This document shows, in pieces, positions 58,721-64,000 of a stretch of DNA of 64,000 nucleotides (its first letter is position 1; each line of letters starts with the position of its first letter). Origin of the DNA: a virus; the IMG/VR virus record IMGVR_UViG_3300048672_000512, positions 1 through 64,000 of that record. One strand, written 5' to 3'. A program made the position numbers and the translations under genes. The notes under the pieces were generated by a model. The model searched no databases. It saw nothing but the letters and a program-made list of their open reading frames with translations, and was not told the origin of the DNA.

Positions 58721-59179
58721 ATGCCTACTACCAGAAGTGGTGGAGCTTCCTTCCCTAAGAAGAAGGATTGGCCTACACTCACATTCAAACAGATATCAAG
58801 AAACACTTCGCAATCGCGTCATGACTTGTCCCATCAAGTCAAGATCCTGAATTTGAAATTTGGGCTGTCCAAGACAGTGTTGCCTGCTGGTAATCTGCTA
58901 GGAGTAGCGCGAACTTATACACCAGACACCAGCTATCTACGATACACAACCTCAATTGAGATCTGGCCTGCTGACAAGGTAAAGCTTTCCTGCAGCTGTG
59001 ATGACTTCAAGTATCGATGGGAATATGCACTGTGGTTGCGTAACTGCGCAGACATCATTTACTCCAACGGAGAGCCGCCTTTGGTTACGAATGGCATACT
59101 ACATCCAGGAGCGTGCAAACACCTCATAGCGCTGCACGCTGCCCTTGTTGCTAGAGGCAAAATACATTCACTGGTATGA
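58721..59179 (+). CDS. SWIM-type zinc finger protein
   Basis: CSCDDF...GACKH. Confidence 0.7.
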   Translation: MPTTRSGGASFPKKKDWPTLTFKQISRNTSQSRHDLSHQVKILNLKFGLSKTVLPAGNLLGVARTYTPDTSYLRYTTSIEIWPADKVKLSCSCDDFKYRWEYALWLRNCADIIYSNGEPPLVTNGILHPGACKHLIALHAALVARGKIHSLV

Positions 59180-60195
59180 GTAACAAGATGGATGAAACTG
59201 GACTTGACGACGAAGAGGGTGCACTTAGCCGAAGATCCTACCTTGCCAAGGTCAAGGATATACGCGAGCAGATTACAGACAATCTGTCAACACCTCAGTA
59301 CTTGCAGATATACGAAGAGCTGATTGAAAATGCAATGCAACCAGTTCTAGTTTCCTGCAACTATTTTGATCTTTTTCTGCTACGCCTAGTGTCCTGGCAA
59401 GATGTTAACTTTCGACGCAAGGCCTCGTTTCTGAAACGCGCTGAGTTCCCTCGCTTAGCAATGACCTTTCTTCTGCAGCGAACTCCAGAAGAGAGACTGA
59501 CTGCATATCGAAACCTGCGCCTTGATCGCGGCGCTCGCATCGAATTCCTCAAGCTGTTTCTTCAGTACACAGCAGAGTACAAGAAAGCTTGCAACTGTGA
59601 ACTGGAGTTACCTGATGGCAGCTCCGCGATGTCGGTTCTGAGTCACTGCGCTTCTGTGAAGGCAGACATCGAAGTCAGGTTGAAAGCAACGCACCCGTTG
59701 ATTGCTGCTATTCGTGAAGTTGAATACTGGTTGGATAGCGCGCAACACTTCAAGCAGTTGCTCATGGAAAAGTATGTTCGCATGTGCATCAACACTGCAG
59801 AGAAGGATAGAACCCTTATCTTTGGTGAAACAGTAAAGCTCGATGACATTGTGCAGACATACCTGATGGCTGCGTCTAGAGCGATTGATAAGTGCGATCA
59901 CCGACAAGGAACGCTGACAACTCTCATTCAGAAGTGGATGCTTACCGCTCGTGAGGTAATAACCAAACAGAAGGACAGAACAGACAATGTAACCATAAGT
60001 GGCATAGACGAAGAGGAAGTTCAGTGGGCTGTTGTTCAGTCCTATGAACAGACTGTGCTTGACCAAAACGACGAAGACGAGAAGCTTCTCGTTTTGTGTG
60101 AAGTAGCTAAGCTGGTAGATCCCACTGGAGCTGCTAGAGAGATCCTTGGCATACCGGAATTTTTAACTGAGCGCGAGCTAAAGCGCCTTTCCTGA
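59176..60195 (+). CDS. RNA polymerase sigma70-like factor
   Basis: YVRMCINTAEK...DDIVQTYLMAASRAIDKCD...LTTLIQKWM aligns with region 2. Confidence 0.65.
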   Translation: MSNKMDETGLDDEEGALSRRSYLAKVKDIREQITDNLSTPQYLQIYEELIENAMQPVLVSCNYFDLFLLRLVSWQDVNFRRKASFLKRAEFPRLAMTFLLQRTPEERLTAYRNLRLDRGARIEFLKLFLQYTAEYKKACNCELELPDGSSAMSVLSHCASVKADIEVRLKATHPLIAAIREVEYWLDSAQHFKQLLMEKYVRMCINTAEKDRTLIFGETVKLDDIVQTYLMAASRAIDKCDHRQGTLTTLIQKWMLTAREVITKQKDRTDNVTISGIDEEEVQWAVVQSYEQTVLDQNDEDEKLLVLCEVAKLVDPTGAAREILGIPEFLTERELKRLS

Positions 60196-60206
60196 AAGGA
60201 ACCACA

Positions 60207-60962
60207 GTGAACGATACTTTTACTCAACACATCATTGACGTCTGCCATACGCAGGACACTGTCAACCGCAAGTCTCTTGGTGACGACTGGAAGTACCAAG
60301 GTTACAAGCAAGAAGACGTTGACTACGCCTTTGCTGCGATTGATGAAATCAGCGAGTTCTGGCGTAGCGCTCTTCACTACAAGTGGTGGGCTAAGGCAAA
60401 AGAGCAGGACATCGACAATGCTATTACCGAGCTGGTTGACATTCTGCACTTTGGAGTCTCGCAAGACCTCATTCATCAGCACTACTTCCTTGGTGTAAAA
60501 GACGACGCCAAAGCCTATCAACTTATTGCGAAAGACGCAGTAAGGTCTGCAGACCGAGCCAGAGCTAACTTTGATTACACCTGTAAGAGCGGTACTGACA
60601 CTCAAATCGCAATGCGCCGCGCTACAAAAGAACTACTTGCGGGCTTCACGGCTGCGTGTATTGAAGACCACGATGTGTTTATGTGGGATGACTTCTGGGA
60701 ACTTACCTACCTGATTGGCGCGACACCAGAGCTTATCGTGTCACGCTACAAGGCTAAAGCACAGCTCAACCTGTTCCGTCAAGCTAACGGCTACAAGGAT
60801 GGTACTTACAAGAAGTATTGGAAAGACGGGCGCGAGGACAATGCCTTCCTTTCTGACTATCTGAAAACCCTTCAAGCCTACCCTGGTGACGAAGAGATTC
60901 AAAAGTGGCTGACTGCAAACTATCTCCTGTGCACTGCACCGACTGTCACGGCTCAAGCTTGA
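60207..60962 (+). CDS. Dimeric all-alpha dUTPase (dUTPase_2 family)
   Basis: AIDEISEF...YKWW.K...ELVDILHF; Y..K..LN.FRQ..GYK.G.Y.K.W..G.EDN. Confidence 0.85.
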   Translation: MNDTFTQHIIDVCHTQDTVNRKSLGDDWKYQGYKQEDVDYAFAAIDEISEFWRSALHYKWWAKAKEQDIDNAITELVDILHFGVSQDLIHQHYFLGVKDDAKAYQLIAKDAVRSADRARANFDYTCKSGTDTQIAMRRATKELLAGFTAACIEDHDVFMWDDFWELTYLIGATPELIVSRYKAKAQLNLFRQANGYKDGTYKKYWKDGREDNAFLSDYLKTLQAYPGDEEIQKWLTANYLLCTAPTVTAQA

Positions 60963-61008
60963 GACTTCAACTTTCCAACAACTGCAAGTAAAGCAAAAGG
61001 ACTACATC

Positions 61009-61602
61009 ATGGCTGTTCACCTCTATCCGGCTACCGACGTCAACGCTATCGGCGTTATCGAGCAACTCGAAGACGCAGATGCTACTTCTGTTGAAGTTCG
61101 CGTTATTCATTATCGATTCTACGGCAAGAGCACGGCGCTGTACGCTAACCAGCTGCCGGAGTCCAAGGGCGGCTACACTATTGCCTACACAATCGATTCC
61201 GTCTACCACAAGTCTTGCTCGATCACGTTTGCAATTGCAGCCTGCTCTGCTGAAGATAACTTCGTCAAGGCAACTGGCACGCAGCTTGCTACAAAGCGCC
61301 TGCTTGAAGACGGCCCTCTGTATGAAACTGACCTGAGCGTTGGTTCTGACGCTATCGTGATCATGGTGGACTACGATGCGGAAACAGGAAAACCGAAGAA
61401 CGCTTGGTACGAATTTTCCAACTCTTCTTTGCTGCGGCGCTCTATCGCTGAACACTGCATTGAAGTTGCAGAATACATGAGGAACACTGGCTCATTGCTT
61501 GCAATGGAGCCTGATGACGATGGAGAAGAATACGACGAGGAAGATGGAGTTGCTGATGAAAGCAGCGAAGAAGTAGTCGCTGACGAAGAAACTGTGAAGT
61601 AA
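61009..61602 (+). CDS. Hypothetical protein with an acidic tail
   Basis: A..S.EDNF.K..G..LA pattern; AAAGGA SD. Confidence 0.75.
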   Translation: MAVHLYPATDVNAIGVIEQLEDADATSVEVRVIHYRFYGKSTALYANQLPESKGGYTIAYTIDSVYHKSCSITFAIAACSAEDNFVKATGTQLATKRLLEDGPLYETDLSVGSDAIVIMVDYDAETGKPKNAWYEFSNSSLLRRSIAEHCIEVAEYMRNTGSLLAMEPDDDGEEYDEEDGVADESSEEVVADEETVK

Positions 61603-61653
61603 GTTTGTAGCATACAAGCTGCATGCAGATAATCTCAAACTAAGGAATACATA

Positions 61654-63030
61654 ATGGCAAAAGGCCGCGATATTGACGACGTTGAAGTCGGTGGTGGTAA
61701 GGGCAAGCGGGTCAAGCCGGAAGAGCTGGTAGACATTGTAAAGCTTCCGCCAAAGAGGTACATGACGTTGCGACTTATCGGTCAAGCATTCTTGTACGGC
61801 GGTCACTGGATCAAGACAAAGACGCGTGAGGGAAAGCCTACGCAGTTCTATACACCTTGCCTTGCATTCGATAGTGAAACTGGCAAGCATGATTCCACCA
61901 AAAAGTGCCCCTGGTGTGACCACGAGGGAGAAGAAGTTCGGTTTGCTGTAGACACTTGGACAAATGCAATCGTCCGTGACCTGCAAAAGAAGAAGCCTGC
62001 TGAAGTCGAAGAACCCTCTGAAGAAGAACTCGAAAGTGGTTTCAAGTCAAAGGATTCTGAGACTTGGACTCCGGTTCTCGCCTTCCGAATGGGAACATCG
62101 GTTGTTCGTTCAGTGAAAGAACTTCGTGAGCTGAACACTGTTGATACGGATGAAGGAACAAAAACCTTTGGCATGACTCACCCCAAATACGGGTGCGATA
62201 TTCAAGTCAAACACAATCCAGACGTTGCACCTGCACAGCAATATACAGTTCATAAGGGCGGTGAACCGACACCGCTCAAGCGGTCGGAGCGTGGTTACCT
62301 TATCTGGGATCTGTCTAACCTGCAGCCGGATATGGGAACCTACGAATCAGAACTGAAGGAATACACGCGTTGGGCTGAAAAGATGGGCCTGGCAGTTCCA
62401 AAGAAAAAGTCAAAGTCTGTGCCGGATGACGACGGCAGCACAGGAATGGACGACGATGACGAGGACGAAATGCCGCGCAAGAAAACCGCACCGGCAAAGA
62501 AGTCCCGCACAAGTCCACCGCCTGAAGATGATGACGAGGACGAAATGCCGCGCAAGAAAACCGCACCGGCAAAGAAGTCCCGCACAAGTCCACCGCCTGA
62601 AGATGATGACGATGACGAACCTGTCGTCAAACCAAAGCGCAAAGCTGCGCCTCCCCCTGATGACGATGATGACGATGATGAGCCGGTTGTTAGGAAAAAG
62701 TCTGCAGCCAGCAAACGCGTAGTTGAAGACGATGATGATGACGAGGATGAACCCGTTGTCAAGAAAAAGCCTGCAGCTAAAAAGTCTCGTTTCGAGGATG
62801 ACGAAGACGAAGATGAACCTGCAGTGAAACCGAAGCGAAAAGCGGCACCACCCCCTGATGACGATGACGAAGATGAAGAACCCGTTGTCAAGAAAAAACC
62901 AGCTGCCAAGAAACGCGTCGTTGAAGATGATGACGAAGACGAGGATGAACCTGCAGCACCTCGCAAAAAGGCAGCAGCAAAACCGGCAGCTAAGAAGTCT
63001 CGTTTCGATGACGATGACGACGAAGACTGA
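61654..63030 (+). CDS. ssb: Single-stranded DNA-binding protein (gp32-like) with a long charge-blocked tail
   Basis: PC...CPWC core, G.DI.V.H...Y; upstream of recA; about 200-aa D/E and K/R tail. Confidence 0.65.
   Translation: MAKGRDIDDVEVGGGKGKRVKPEELVDIVKLPPKRYMTLRLIGQAFLYGGHWIKTKTREGKPTQFYTPCLAFDSETGKHDSTKKCPWCDHEGEEVRFAVDTWTNAIVRDLQKKKPAEVEEPSEEELESGFKSKDSETWTPVLAFRMGTSVVRSVKELRELNTVDTDEGTKTFGMTHPKYGCDIQVKHNPDVAPAQQYTVHKGGEPTPLKRSERGYLIWDLSNLQPDMGTYESELKEYTRWAEKMGLAVPKKKSKSVPDDDGSTGMDDDDEDEMPRKKTAPAKKSRTSPPPEDDDEDEMPRKKTAPAKKSRTSPPPEDDDDDEPVVKPKRKAAPPPDDDDDDDEPVVRKKSAASKRVVEDDDDDEDEPVVKKKPAAKKSRFEDDEDEDEPAVKPKRKAAPPPDDDDEDEEPVVKKKPAAKKRVVEDDDEDEDEPAAPRKKAAAKPAAKKSRFDDDDDED
62455..62612 (+). 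repeat. Perfect 75-bp tandem repeat (2.1 copies) within the SSB tail
   Basis: DDEDEMPRKKTAPAKKSRTSPPPED twice; further degenerate units continue to 63027. Confidence 0.95.
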
Positions 63031-63054
63031 CCTCTAAAAGTGAGTTGACAAACT

Positions 63055-63089
63055 AGGTCCGATTCGGTGTTTCTGGATCGGACCTTTTT
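63055..63089 (+). terminator. Intrinsic terminator
   Basis: AGGTCCGAT / ATCGGACCT followed by TTTT. Confidence 0.8.
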
Positions 63090-63119
63090 ACCTTGTGGTT
63101 GCACAAATAAGGAAGTTCA

Positions 63120-64000
63120 ATGGCTACAAAGAAACCTAAAGCTGCTACGCAGAGTCGTTCTCCTGTTGACATGCTAGCAATTGTTTCTGACCTGGAGAAG
63201 GTTGTAAAGATTCAAAGCATTACGCTAGGTGCGGAAGACCGAGTGTCTACTGGGCTACTATGCCTTGACGTCATTCTTGGCGGCGGCATAACTGCTGGAT
63301 GGTACACGTTCTCAGGTGCTGAGCAGTCTGCAAAGACAACTACCGCTATCACAGCAATGGCTTCTGCTGTTAAGCAGAACGTCAGTATGCCTGTTCTTTG
63401 GGACGCAGAGCAGAGTAGCGGTTCTTCGATTGACTACGTCAGCAACATCATGCAATCGTGTGGTGTAAACAAGTCCATTGAAGAGCTGTTCGGTGTTCGT
63501 AAGAATGGCAAGTATGTAACTGTGCCCCTGGTTTATTATCGAGACGAAGGCGAGCTTGAAACATTCTTTGACTGGACCTCTGCGCTACTTCGTCGTTTGC
63601 CAGACAAGCGACTTGAAAACGGGCAGTGGTGGTACATCTACGAAGACACAAAAGAAAATCGAGCAAAGTACAAGGAAGTTCTTGACGCTGGAATGACGCG
63701 TGCCTCAAACGGAATCTACATTCCAGCTGAAGACGGCAGCCTTCAAGCCTACATTCTGATTGATAGCTATCCGTCGCTAGTTCCAAAGGCGATGGACGAC
63801 GATGATCCTTCTGCCGGCATGGCGCTTGCAGCTCGTGAATTTGCAAAGCATATTCCACGTGTAAAAGGCAAGCTGCGCTCAAAGCGCGTTGCAATCGTAG
63901 GTATCAATCAGATTCGTGAAAAGCCGGGTTTCAACATGGGAGATCCTCGCTACGAACCTGGTGGCCAAGCGCTACGTTTCAACTCGGATGTGCGCGTATG
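63120..64000 (+). CDS. recA: RecA/UvsX-like recombinase (3' end outside the window; not in the ORF track)
   Basis: STGLLCLDVILGGG, Walker A GAEQSAKT, Walker B LIDS, INQIREK, PGGQALRFNSDVR; AAGGAAG SD. Confidence 0.9.
   Translation, partial: MATKKPKAATQSRSPVDMLAIVSDLEKVVKIQSITLGAEDRVSTGLLCLDVILGGGITAGWYTFSGAEQSAKTTTAITAMASAVKQNVSMPVLWDAEQSSGSSIDYVSNIMQSCGVNKSIEELFGVRKNGKYVTVPLVYYRDEGELETFFDWTSALLRRLPDKRLENGQWWYIYEDTKENRAKYKEVLDAGMTRASNGIYIPAEDGSLQAYILIDSYPSLVPKAMDDDDPSAGMALAAREFAKHIPRVKGKLRSKRVAIVGINQIREKPGFNMGDPRYEPGGQALRFNSDVRV

Noticed and set aside
62340-63104. 254-aa Ser-rich antisense ORF
   Set aside because: It is the mirror of the GAT/GAC-rich SSB tail.
63304-63340. Non-canonical RecA Walker A (GAEQSAKT) as a sign of inactivity
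   Set aside because: Phage UvsX-type recombinases vary at this position, and the Lys-Thr and Walker B are intact.
1-64000. tRNA, rRNA, integrase or transposase
   Set aside because: No cloverleaf with T-loop motif or recombinase/transposase motif was seen in the short intergenic gaps or ORFs. This was a by-eye check only; tRNAscan-SE would settle it.

Overview
This window looks like 64 kb of a large (probably jumbo) lytic dsDNA tailed-phage genome. It is dense, mostly + strand, and uses the standard code. The host is probably a proteobacterium, and the gene content recalls phiRSL1/Lu11/PaBG-type phages; both points are inference, as no search was run. Left to right: (1) regulatory and unknown genes, including a sigma-like protein, a P-loop kinase-nucleotidyltransferase fusion, an HTH and a RuvC-like resolvase; (2) putative virion genes; (3) a 12-21 kb accessory tail region with a long tail fibre, an SGNH esterase and two disrupted polysaccharide-deacetylase genes, the three enzyme genes sharing one N-terminal module; (4) four membrane (lysis-like) genes; (5) a class II ribonucleotide reductase with two inteins; (6) a 2037-aa SNF2 helicase with an intein; (7) a 7-deazaguanine DNA-modification operon (QueD, QueD-like, DpdA/TGT, QueE) with a translationally coupled GT-B glycosyltransferase and no QueC/QueF in the window; (8) a family A DNA polymerase split into two genes at a coiled coil, with an unrelated gene between them; (9) primase, ThyX, a second sigma-like protein, dUTPase, an SSB with a long charge-blocked tail, and a RecA that runs off the end. 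The best candidates for new biology are the glycosyltransferase-containing deazaguanine operon, the split polymerase, the swappable esterase cassettes, and a 16-bp intergenic motif that looks like a phage-sigma promoter. I found no tRNA, rRNA, CRISPR array or integrase. All product calls come from motif recognition by eye.
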